From: an uncultured Clostridia bacterium
GTDB lineage: Bacteria > Bacillota > Clostridia > TANB77 > CAG-465
Assembly: GCA_947627255.1 (NCBI GenBank)
Contig: CANQVI010000003.1
Coordinates: 1-63,266, forward strand
Length of the DNA: 63,266 nucleotides
Reading direction: 5' to 3'
The translations under genes and the position numbers were made by a program. A model generated the notes under the pieces. That model ran no database searches, had not been told where the DNA came from, and saw nothing but the letters and a program-made list of their open reading frames with translations. Below, in pieces: positions 16,605-25,607 of the stretch; within the stretch, counting starts at the first letter, position 1, and each line of letters begins with the position of its first letter.

Positions 16605-18377
16605 TTATTTTACAAATTCAGCTTTTATTCTTCTTACTCCAGCTGAAACAGCTTCTTCTTTTTTAATTTTTATATGAGGTATTTTTGATGTATTTTCAAC
16701 ATGTGGTCCACCACAAAGTTCAGCAGATACATCTCCAATTTTATATACAGTAACTACATCTGGATATCTCTCTATAAACATACATTCAGCTCCAGAAGCA
16801 ATAGCATCCTCTTTTTTCATTTCTGTTTTTGTTACAGGGTAAGCAGCATCTATCCACTTATTTACTAATTCTTCTGTTTTTTGTTTTTCTTCATCTGTAA
16901 GTTTATGATTACAAGAAAAATCAAAACGCATTCTTTCAGCAGTTATATTACTTCCTCTTTGATGAACATCTTTACTTACTATAACTTTTAATGCTGCATT
17001 TAATAAATGTGTAGCTGTATGATATTGTGTCTCTGTTTCTCCTGTTGCAGCAAGTCCACCTTTAAATTTTTCTTTTGCACCAGCACGAGATATTTCTTGA
17101 TGAGCTTTAAATTTTTCTTTAAAGCCTTCTTCATCAACTTTGATTCCCATTTCTGAGGCAAGCTCAACAGTAAGTTCTATTGGAAAACCAAATGTATCAT
17201 ATAATCTGAACGCATTATCTTTATCCATTTTTCCATTTTGTATTTTACTTGCAATTTTTTCAAATTCTTTTAACCCATTTTCAAGAGTTCTATTAAACTT
17301 AGTTTTTTCTGTTCTTAAAACTTCAAGTACAATATCTTTATTTTCTTTTATTTCACTGTAATAATTTTCATATTTACTCATTATTACTTTTGCAATTTCT
17401 TCTTCCCAATTACTATTTATATCTATATTTAGCTTTTTAGCGTATCTTATTGCACGTCTTATTAATCTTCTTAAAATATATCCTTGATCTGTATTACTTG
17501 GTTTTATTCCTGCAGGATCAGCACTAATAAATACTGCACTTCTTATGTGGTCAGCTATTATTCTCATTGCTTTTTCATTTCCATTATATTTTAAGTTAGA
17601 TATTTGTTCTATTTTTTCAATAACATCTTTCCAAATTGAAGAAGCATAGTTATCTGTCACTCCTTCAAGAACAGCAGTTATTCTTTCAAGACCCATTCCA
17701 GTATCTACATTTTTCTTTGGAAGTTCCGTAAATGTTCCATCCTCATTATGATTATATTGCATAAATACATTATTCCAAATTTCAACCCATCTCTCATCTT
17801 CTGTATCAAATTCTTCTGGTATTTCATCATTACTTCTAAAATAGAAAATTTCAGTATCTGGTCCACATGGTCCTGTAAGTTCCATATTAGGCCACCAGTT
17901 ATCATCTTCTCCTAGATATTTAATTCTCTTTTCTGGAATTCCTAATCTTTTCCAAATTTCAGCAGATTCACTATCAGCAGATACAATATCATTTCCTTTA
18001 AATACTGTAACAGCAAGTCTTTCTACTGGTATATTAAATACTTTTGTTAAAAGTTCAAAACTCCATGAAATACTTTCATTTTTAAAATAATCTCCTAAGC
18101 TCCAATTTCCAAGCATTTCAAAGAAAGTGTGGTGTGTAACATCTCCTACTTCATCTAAGTCATTGGTTCTCATACATTTTTGGTAGTCACATAGTCTTGT
18201 TCCATATGGATGTGGCTGTCCCATTAAGTATGGTACTAATGGTTGCATTCCAGCAGTATTAAATAAAACAGAAGGGTCATTTTCTGGTACTACTGGTGCA
18301 CTTGGAATTTGTTTATGTCCTTTAGATTCAAAAAAGCTAATATATTTATCTCTGATTTGTGTAAATTCCATTTTCAT
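16605..18377 (-). CDS. alaS: Alanine--tRNA ligase, short form (590 aa) lacking the C-Ala/DHHA1 domain
   Basis: Class II catalytic core (FNTAGMQP, THHTFFEMLGNWSLGDYFK, GMGLERI), a tRNA-recognition helical domain, and the editing-domain zinc motif (HTATHLL ... CGGPHV). The ORF stops about 40 aa after CGGPHV. Confidence 0.85.
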   Translation of the reverse strand: MKMEFTQIRDKYISFFESKGHKQIPSAPVVPENDPSVLFNTAGMQPLVPYLMGQPHPYGTRLCDYQKCMRTNDLDEVGDVTHHTFFEMLGNWSLGDYFKNESISWSFELLTKVFNIPVERLAVTVFKGNDIVSADSESAEIWKRLGIPEKRIKYLGEDDNWWPNMELTGPCGPDTEIFYFRSNDEIPEEFDTEDERWVEIWNNVFMQYNHNEDGTFTELPKKNVDTGMGLERITAVLEGVTDNYASSIWKDVIEKIEQISNLKYNGNEKAMRIIADHIRSAVFISADPAGIKPSNTDQGYILRRLIRRAIRYAKKLNIDINSNWEEEIAKVIMSKYENYYSEIKENKDIVLEVLRTEKTKFNRTLENGLKEFEKIASKIQNGKMDKDNAFRLYDTFGFPIELTVELASEMGIKVDEEGFKEKFKAHQEISRAGAKEKFKGGLAATGETETQYHTATHLLNAALKVIVSKDVHQRGSNITAERMRFDFSCNHKLTDEEKQKTEELVNKWIDAAYPVTKTEMKKEDAIASGAECMFIERYPDVVTVYKIGDVSAELCGGPHVENTSKIPHIKIKKEEAVSAGVRRIKAEFVK

Positions 18378-18428
18378 TACTCCTTTAATAATTTAAAGGC
18401 ACTCAAAAGTGCCATTTTTAGCCATTTC

Positions 18429-18457
18429 ATTATATCAAAAAAAGAAATTTAAGTCAA
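18429..18457 (-). promoter_or_regulatory. Sigma-A type promoter of alaS
   Basis: Minus strand TTGACT (18452-18457), 17-nt spacer, TGaTATAAT (-10 at 18429-18434). The roughly 50-nt leader contains the hairpin GGCACT/AGTGCC (18398-18413). Confidence 0.55.
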
Positions 18458-18570
18458 CCAAATACCTTTTAATTATATAATTTCTTTCAAATATTTTTTT
18501 GTATAATTTTAACTTATATTGATTTTTTATTTAAGTTATGGTAAACTATTTTTTGTTTATGGAGGGTATT

Positions 18571-19296
18571 ATGTTACAAACAATAACTGGATATATGCGT
18601 AGAGCAATAGAAGATTACAATATGATTGAAGAAGGAGACAAGATAGCTATTGGTCTTTCTGGTGGAAAAGATAGTCTAGCATTATTATATGGTCTTTCCA
18701 ATCTTAAAAGATATTATCCAAAAAAATTTGAAATAATAGCAATTACTATACATCCTGGTAGTGAAACTTTTGATACAGCCAAATTAGAAGAAGTATGTAA
18801 AAAGCTTAATGTAGAATATATAGTTTATAACTCAGATTTAGCAAAAATTGTTTTTGATATTAGAAAAGAAAAAAATCCATGTTCCTTATGTGCAAATTTA
18901 AGACGTGGTATGTTAAATAGTATAGCAGTTGAACATGGATGTAATAAAGTGGCTTTAGGTCATCATTTAGATGATACTATTGAAACTTTACTTATGAGTA
19001 TGTTTCTAAATGGAAATATATATACTTTTGCTCCTGTTACAGAAATGACAAGGTCAAATATTACCGTTATTAGACCTTTAATTTATACATACGAAAAAGA
19101 TATACGTGCATTATCTCGAAAAATGGACTTCCCTGTTATGGGAAAATGCTGTCCTGCTGATGGTTTTACTAAAAGAGAATATGTTAAAGATTTAATTTGT
19201 ACTTTAAGAAAAGATATTCCTAAGGTAAGAGAAAATTTAATTGGAGCTATTAAGAGGTCAAATATTCCAGGTTGGAATATTCAAGATAAAAAATAA
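18571..19296 (+). CDS. PP-loop ATPase, TtcA-family tRNA thiolation protein
   Basis: LSGGKDS PP-loop, CSLCANLRRG, GHHLDD. The ATG at 18571 (MLQT) is preceded by GGAGGG. The ORF track starts at 18538. Confidence 0.8.
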   Translation: MLQTITGYMRRAIEDYNMIEEGDKIAIGLSGGKDSLALLYGLSNLKRYYPKKFEIIAITIHPGSETFDTAKLEEVCKKLNVEYIVYNSDLAKIVFDIRKEKNPCSLCANLRRGMLNSIAVEHGCNKVALGHHLDDTIETLLMSMFLNGNIYTFAPVTEMTRSNITVIRPLIYTYEKDIRALSRKMDFPVMGKCCPADGFTKREYVKDLICTLRKDIPKVRENLIGAIKRSNIPGWNIQDKK

Positions 19297-19297
19297 G

Positions 19298-19320
19298 CAC
19301 CTGCATTGCAGGTGTTTATT
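19298..19320. terminator. Bidirectional terminator (ttcA / convergent gene)
   Basis: CACCTG / CATTG loop / CAGGTG followed by TTTATTTTT. Confidence 0.6.
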
Positions 19321-19321
19321 T

Positions 19322-20908
19322 TTATTTTTCATCATCAAGTTCATCATTTAACATTTTTTTAATATCCTCATCATTTAAGTTCTCAAAAATATTAAATGTT
19401 ATTTCATCTTTTGGTTCTTCATCTTTATCTAAATCCATTACTTTAATTCCATCAGCTTTGCTTTCTACACTGCCCCTTCTTCCTGGACGTTGTAATAAAT
19501 CTACTTTTTCATCTGGAACTATATTAACAGTTGTAGTTTGTTCTTTTTCTATTTCATTTCCTTCATTTGAATTTTCAAAAGATTCAAGCAATTTATTTTC
19601 TTCTTTATTTTCAACTTTTAATATTTCCTTTGGTGTATCATCACTTGGTGGATTATCATCTGGGGAATCGTCGTCATTTGATAATCTTTTTACCTTTCTT
19701 CTTAATACTATTATTTGTATTAGTTCAACTAAAATTAATAAATACATTAAAACTAATAAATAATTTTTCTTAATTGCTGCCCAAATATATTTTAAATATA
19801 AAATTGCAATTTCCTTTTTAGATTTGCTATTTTGAATATTTTTTAGATAATCTTTCATCTCTTGTTGAGCTATATCTTCTTCAGTAGCTTTTTTTACTGT
19901 ATATTTTATTTTATATTCCTTAGTTGTAACTCCATCTGCTGCAATTACTTTTATTATTACTTCTCCTTCACCATCTTCTACTAATTTATCTGCTCCAACT
20001 ATTTCAATTTTAGCATTTGAATCTTTAGTATTTGCAACGATATTTAATTTTTTTACTGTAGATAATATTTCACCTATATTATACTCTAATACTTCTGATT
20101 GGAATTTTTTATCTAGTTCAAAATCTTCAACAATTAATCCTTCCAAATATGCATTAGATTTTTCTTTATCTGCAGTTTTAGTAACAGTAATAGTATAAAT
20201 TCTATAATATCCATTAGGTGCTGTTACTCTAATTTGTATTTTATTATCTCCATCAACAATATTGTCATTACCTGTTATTTGTACTCTAGCATTTCCATCT
20301 TCTGCTCTTGCTAATACTTCTATTGAAGAAACATTTTCTCCAACTGCTAAAGAATATTCTGTTATATTTCTAGAAAAATTAGGTGTTAAACCTTCTTCGC
20401 TAATTTGAAGGTATCTTAAATAGTTATTTCCACTTGCTGTAGGAGAACTTGGTGTATTGTTATTATTTGGTTGAGTAGGTGTAGTAGTTTCAGCCTTAGG
20501 TGTATATACAGTTATCATTTTAGATGCTGCAACTGTACCTAATTCATCCATAGTCTCATTTGCACTTACAACATCATTAGAAACAACATCTACTCTAGTA
20601 GAGCCTTCTTTTTTAGCTCTAAAAGTATAGCTTTTTGTTCTAATTCCACTTGAAGCCTCAGTTTGATCCCACCATACAGCTTCATTAAGACTATCTCCTG
20701 ATACATACTCTAATATATTAGTATCATATGATACACTTATATTTCCATATGCACCAACATTTTGACCAAAATCAAAAGTAAGTGTAAAAGTATCTCCTAC
20801 TTTTATATTTGAATCACCAGTAATGCTGGCTGCATATGTATATGTACCACCAAATATCATTAAAACTAATAACATAATCCATAGTTTACTAATTTTACCC
20901 TTTTTCAT
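19322..20908 (-). CDS. Membrane-anchored surface protein: cohesin-like module, two cadherin-like beta-sandwich repeats, TM helix, acidic tail
   Basis: Signal peptide, then a beta-rich module of about 120 aa (IKVGDTFTLTFDFGQNVGAYGNISVSYDTNILEYV). Two repeats of the YL..L.....L.P.F....EY type follow. Then a TM helix (LLVLMYLLILVELIQIIVL) followed by RRKVKR, and an Asp/Pro/Glu-rich tail of about 130 aa. Confidence 0.6.
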   Translation of the reverse strand: MKKGKISKLWIMLLVLMIFGGTYTYAASITGDSNIKVGDTFTLTFDFGQNVGAYGNISVSYDTNILEYVSGDSLNEAVWWDQTEASSGIRTKSYTFRAKKEGSTRVDVVSNDVVSANETMDELGTVAASKMITVYTPKAETTTPTQPNNNNTPSSPTASGNNYLRYLQISEEGLTPNFSRNITEYSLAVGENVSSIEVLARAEDGNARVQITGNDNIVDGDNKIQIRVTAPNGYYRIYTITVTKTADKEKSNAYLEGLIVEDFELDKKFQSEVLEYNIGEILSTVKKLNIVANTKDSNAKIEIVGADKLVEDGEGEVIIKVIAADGVTTKEYKIKYTVKKATEEDIAQQEMKDYLKNIQNSKSKKEIAILYLKYIWAAIKKNYLLVLMYLLILVELIQIIVLRRKVKRLSNDDDSPDDNPPSDDTPKEILKVENKEENKLLESFENSNEGNEIEKEQTTTVNIVPDEKVDLLQRPGRRGSVESKADGIKVMDLDKDEEPKDEITFNIFENLNDEDIKKMLNDELDDEK

Positions 20909-20920
20909 AAAAAACCTCTC

Positions 20921-23182
20921 TTATTGTTCTATAACATATTTTCCCAAAATGTGTCTTTGTATTCTAAGTAAATCTACTGCTTTAGGTTCACTACTTGTTT
21001 TATCTGTAATAGCAGCTTTTACTTGTATAGGATTAATGCTCATTTTTCCTAATATATATCTTTGAAGCATTAATAGGTCTCTAGCATTTATTACACCTGT
21101 ACCATCAACGTCACCATAAATTATTATTGTATATTCTTCTTCAACAGAATTATTAATTAAAAATTGAATTTTTGTTCCTGTTCCGACTTTTGAGTCGCCA
21201 CTTATTTCTTTATTTTCTATATCAATAAATTTAACATCATAATTTGTATCAATTTTGTTTCTTATTTTATCAACAGTATTATTGTTTAAATCTATATTAG
21301 AAACATAATTATTTTCAAGTCTTAGTGAGCTATCTAAATTAATATAATAATCTTTATTTTCTTTTTTTACTATTATTTTAGCTTTAGCCTTAAAATTTCC
21401 TTCCTCAGTTATGAAAGTAGCATAAGTTTGCCCCTCTTGCAAACCAATTATACTTTTTCCTTCTACTTTAGCTATTCTACCATCTTCAATTTCAATACTA
21501 TAATTTTTATTACTTGCATTTGCTGGTAGAATTGTTGGTATTATATTTATAGACTTGCCTAAATGTACTATATATTCATCACTTGTAAGTTCAATAGATT
21601 CAACTTTTCCAGCTTTAACATTTACAGTACAAATAGCTGTTTTTGATTGGTCGTTAGTTGTTACAGTTATTGTTGCAACACCACTACCTGTCGCTGTTAC
21701 AGTACCACTATTATCTACACTTGCTATATTTGCATCTGATGTAGTCCATTTCACACTTTTATCTTGTGCATTTTGTGGAAGTACAGTTGCTTGTAATTTT
21801 AAAGTATCACCTACATTTAAATTTGTATATGTAGTGTTTAAACTTACAGACTCTACTTTTGTATATTTATACTCATATACCCACTGTTTAAGAATATATC
21901 CTATTCTTCCATCATCATATCTAATTTTGTCATAAAGAGTATTATTACCTATTCCTATTCTTGTATATTTTGTCCTATTTTCTGCACCATCTTTTGTTTC
22001 ATATACTTTTTCAAGTATAGAACCTAATGTATCAGGACCTGTTCTTATCCAAAATTCATCTGTAACACCAGAGTCTCTTGGATCATCTAAGTATACTCTT
22101 GTATTATCTGGTGTAAATGAAACATCACCAGGTACTGGCATACTTGCAGGTTCATTAGGCATATTTTCATATACAGGTATATCAAATTCAAATTTAGAAT
22201 TTAACATTGAGCCTTGTTCATATGCACTATATGACATTTTAGCTTCATTTTTTGCACCAAATATATTAGTCATATATCCAGTTCCAAGAAGCCATTGTGC
22301 ACTACCTGAATTATTAACATCAAAACGTTCAAAGTATATTGTGTTTTGTCCCCATACTAAATATTGATTATATATATATTGAATTCCACCTTTTAAAGCA
22401 GTTGGTATATCTGTCCATCCTTGATTACTTGCATATTTAAGACCATTTGTTATAGCAGAAGAATCTGCAGTATCATAAGCTCCAATATTAAAGAAATTAT
22501 ATACACCATGTGAGCCATCTATTAGACTTCCTGATACAATATTTCCACTATTTTCTTGTCTAATTCTAGAGGCTATATGAATAGGATTTATTCCTACCTG
22601 CTTAGATAATGAATGGATTAACTCTGCATAGGTAGTTCCTAAATCTTTCCATTGACCATAATATTTATATTTATCTTTATATTGTCCACCCATAGGAGTT
22701 GGGCTAAGTACATTTTGAACAGCTTCAACAGTCTGTACACCATCTACATATCTTAAGGCTTCAAATTGGAATATTCCTTCATCATTGATAAAATTACGTG
22801 GATCCATTACATATGCTACACCTTGCTTAGATGCTGTAACATAATCACCATCATAATAGTAGTTTTTTCCGTCTCTTTTCCACTCACTACCAAATATATC
22901 TTGTACTAAACTAATTGCAGGATTTACTTCATATGTCTCATGAGATAATGCCAAATTCCAATCAAGTCCTGTATGAACAGCTTTAAATGACCAATTAGGG
23001 TGCTTAGCCTTCATAGCATTTATATATGGCAGATATGAATCTGGAAAATTATCATCAATATATGAAACCGGTAAATTAGAGTTTAAAGTAGCTTCTACCT
23101 TATGAAAATTTATAGTTGAAGTGATAATACAGACAATAAGAACTGCTATTATTCCCTTAAACTTTAAATTTTTAGTCTTCAT
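20921..23182 (-). CDS. Secreted peptidoglycan hydrolase: GH73-type glucosaminidase, SH3-like, 2x Big_2, C-terminal dockerin-like module
   Basis: The ATG at 23182 (MKTKNL) has an AGGAGG RBS. Glucosaminidase blocks are present (ASRIRQENSG, YNFFNIGAYD, YMTNIFGAKNEA). There are two Ig-like Big_2 repeats (VLPQNAQDKSVKWTTSD..., ILPANASNKNY...). The C-terminus reads GDVDGTGVINARDLLMLQRYILG ... AVDLLRIQRHILG. Confidence 0.8.
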   Translation of the reverse strand: MKTKNLKFKGIIAVLIVCIITSTINFHKVEATLNSNLPVSYIDDNFPDSYLPYINAMKAKHPNWSFKAVHTGLDWNLALSHETYEVNPAISLVQDIFGSEWKRDGKNYYYDGDYVTASKQGVAYVMDPRNFINDEGIFQFEALRYVDGVQTVEAVQNVLSPTPMGGQYKDKYKYYGQWKDLGTTYAELIHSLSKQVGINPIHIASRIRQENSGNIVSGSLIDGSHGVYNFFNIGAYDTADSSAITNGLKYASNQGWTDIPTALKGGIQYIYNQYLVWGQNTIYFERFDVNNSGSAQWLLGTGYMTNIFGAKNEAKMSYSAYEQGSMLNSKFEFDIPVYENMPNEPASMPVPGDVSFTPDNTRVYLDDPRDSGVTDEFWIRTGPDTLGSILEKVYETKDGAENRTKYTRIGIGNNTLYDKIRYDDGRIGYILKQWVYEYKYTKVESVSLNTTYTNLNVGDTLKLQATVLPQNAQDKSVKWTTSDANIASVDNSGTVTATGSGVATITVTTNDQSKTAICTVNVKAGKVESIELTSDEYIVHLGKSINIIPTILPANASNKNYSIEIEDGRIAKVEGKSIIGLQEGQTYATFITEEGNFKAKAKIIVKKENKDYYINLDSSLRLENNYVSNIDLNNNTVDKIRNKIDTNYDVKFIDIENKEISGDSKVGTGTKIQFLINNSVEEEYTIIIYGDVDGTGVINARDLLMLQRYILGKMSINPIQVKAAITDKTSSEPKAVDLLRIQRHILGKYVIEQ

Positions 23183-23374
23183 TTTTCCTCCTTGTCGACA
23201 AAAAGTATACATTTTATATGAAAATTATATCATAAACGCATACTTTGTCAAAGTATTTAATATAAATTTACTGTCTTACAGCATTATATTTGTTAAAATT
23301 TCACATTTTTTTCACATTTTGTAATAATGTTAAACATTTCAACGTAATTTCAGCATTTTCTATTATGTTCATAT

Positions 23375-23403
23375 TTGACATTCTCGAAGTTATATATTAT
23401 AAT
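23375..23403 (+). promoter_or_regulatory. Consensus sigma-A promoter of glmS
   Basis: TTGACA (23375-23380), 17-nt spacer, TATAAT (23398-23403). Confidence 0.65.
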
Positions 23404-23454
23404 ATCGACAAAAGTGTAATTTTTCACGGAGGTGGACAAAAAGAAATATTACTC

Positions 23455-23605
23455 TTAGCGCAAGGGCATAATTATTTATGTTGACGAGGATGATAGTTGT
23501 CGAATAATCAGCGGATGCTATCACGGTAATTAGATATCGTTATAATATAGCTAAAACACAAAATCTAAAATTGTAACAAAACTATATTAACTCTAATATA
23601 ATAAA
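23455..23605 (+). promoter_or_regulatory. glmS ribozyme (GlcN6P-responsive self-cleaving leader)
   Basis: AGCGC at 23457, then the conserved core GACGAGGATGATAGTTGTCGAATAATCAGCGGATGCTATCACGG, directly upstream of glmS. The 3' boundary is approximate. Confidence 0.85.
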
Positions 23606-23648
23606 TTAATTGTACATTGAAAATTTAAATATTAGGAGGTAAATAATT

Positions 23649-25460
23649 ATGTGCGGAATAATAGGATATACTACTAAAAGTAGTAATTCGGTAGATGTGG
23701 CCTTATCAGGTCTAAAAAATTTAGAATATAGAGGTTATGACTCCTCTGGAATTGCTTTTTATAACAATAACGAATTAGATATAGTAAAAGCGAAAGGTAA
23801 AATATCTAATTTAGATGAAAAGCTATCAAAAATGAATACAACATCTAATTGTGCAATTGCACACACTAGATGGGCAACTCATGGTGAACCAAATGAAACT
23901 AATGCTCACCCACATCATGTTGGTAAAGTAACATTAGTACATAATGGAATTATTGAAAATTATGCTGCTTTAAAAGAAGAATTACAACAAGCAGGATACA
24001 CTTTTAATTCACAAACAGATACTGAAGTTGCAACTGCATATATAGATTATTGCTATAATAAATGCAATAACAAATTACAAGCTCTTATTGATGCTTGTAA
24101 AAAATTTAGAGGCTCTTATGCTTTTAATGTTATATATGAAGATGAACCAAATACAATATATGCTTCAAGAAAAGATAGCCCTTTAGTAGTAGGATATAGT
24201 AACAAGGGAAATTTTGCTGCTTCTGATGTATCAGCAATATTAGACTACACTAATAAATATTCATTAATAAACGAAGATGATTTTGTAAAAATAACTAATA
24301 GTGTTGTTACTTTTTATAATGATAAACTTCAAGAAGTTTCAAAAGAAATTAAAACTGCTACTTGGGATGCTAATCAATATCAAAAAAATGGATATGACCA
24401 TTTTATGCTAAAAGAAATTTATGAGCAACCTAAAGTTATTCAAGATATCTTCTCTAGATATTATAATGACTGTGATTATGCAGATATAGATTTCTCTAAT
24501 TTTGATAACATACATATTGTTGCTTGTGGAAGTGCTATGCACGCTTCACTTGTTGGCAAGTACTTACTTCAAACTTATGCTAAAATACCTGCTATGGTTG
24601 AAGTAGCTTCTGAATATAGATATTCTGAAGAATTAATAACACCAAAAACTTTAATGATTGTTGTTTCACAATCTGGTGAAACAGCTGATACTATTGCAGC
24701 ACTTAGACTTGCAAAAGAAAAAGGTGCATATGTTGTTGGAATAGTAAATGCAGTAGGATCTACTATTTCAAGAGAAGTAGATAAATGTATTTACACTTAT
24801 GCTGGACCAGAAATAGCTGTAGCAACAACTAAAGGATACACATCACAAGTAGCTATCTTCTCTACTCTAGTTCTTAATGCAATGAAACAAAAAGGACTTC
24901 TTGATGAAGATACTTCTTCTAAGTTAAAAGATGAGCTTTTAACTATTGAAGATAAATTAAATGAAGTTATTTCAAATAGGAATACATATTTAGACATTGC
25001 AAAAGATATATATAATCACAATGATTTATTCTTTATTGGCAGAGGAATTGACTCTACTGTTTGTATGGAAGGTTCTCTAAAACTAAAAGAAATATCATAT
25101 ATGCATTCAGAAGCATATAGTGCAGGTGAATTAAAACATGGTACTATCTCTCTTATTGAAGATGGAACACCTGTAATATCTATTGCAACTGACCCTACTC
25201 TTTTTGAAAAAACTGTAAGTAATATAAAAGAGACTAAAGCTAGAGGCTCATACTCTATATTTGTTACTACTGATAAGCACAATGATATGAACTTTGCAGA
25301 ATTTGCAGATAAAACTGTTATAGTTCCTGAAGCTAGTGAATTTATACAACCAATTCTTGTAGTATCAGCTCTTCAATTAATTGCATATGAAACTGCAAAA
25401 CTTAGAGGTTGTGACATAGATAAACCTAGAAATTTAGCAAAATCTGTTACAGTTGAATAA
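23649..25460 (+). CDS. glmS: Glutamine--fructose-6-phosphate aminotransferase
   Basis: MCGIIGY N-terminal nucleophile, two SIS domains, C-terminal KSVTVE. Confidence 0.97.
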   Translation: MCGIIGYTTKSSNSVDVALSGLKNLEYRGYDSSGIAFYNNNELDIVKAKGKISNLDEKLSKMNTTSNCAIAHTRWATHGEPNETNAHPHHVGKVTLVHNGIIENYAALKEELQQAGYTFNSQTDTEVATAYIDYCYNKCNNKLQALIDACKKFRGSYAFNVIYEDEPNTIYASRKDSPLVVGYSNKGNFAASDVSAILDYTNKYSLINEDDFVKITNSVVTFYNDKLQEVSKEIKTATWDANQYQKNGYDHFMLKEIYEQPKVIQDIFSRYYNDCDYADIDFSNFDNIHIVACGSAMHASLVGKYLLQTYAKIPAMVEVASEYRYSEELITPKTLMIVVSQSGETADTIAALRLAKEKGAYVVGIVNAVGSTISREVDKCIYTYAGPEIAVATTKGYTSQVAIFSTLVLNAMKQKGLLDEDTSSKLKDELLTIEDKLNEVISNRNTYLDIAKDIYNHNDLFFIGRGIDSTVCMEGSLKLKEISYMHSEAYSAGELKHGTISLIEDGTPVISIATDPTLFEKTVSNIKETKARGSYSIFVTTDKHNDMNFAEFADKTVIVPEASEFIQPILVVSALQLIAYETAKLRGCDIDKPRNLAKSVTVE

Positions 25461-25466
25461 TATAAA

Positions 25467-25497
25467 ATGACTTAGAATTTTCTAAGTCATTTTTTTA
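25467..25497 (+). terminator. Intrinsic terminator of glmS
   Basis: ATGACTTAGA / ATTT loop / TCTAAGTCAT followed by T7. Confidence 0.75.
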
Positions 25498-25607
25498 TCC
25501 TTCTATTCAGAATTATGTTGACTTTTCTTTATCAAAGTGGTAAAATACTAATCGGATTTTAATGTTATATCTTAAAATTACTATTTTTAAGAATTGGAGG
25601 GATAAAA

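Noticed and set aside
18378-18537. Looked for a T-box leader upstream of alaS.
   Set aside because: The divergent intergenic region is only 160 nt and the alaS promoter leaves a leader of about 50 nt. No GGTGGTACC-like T-box sequence or stem I elements are present.
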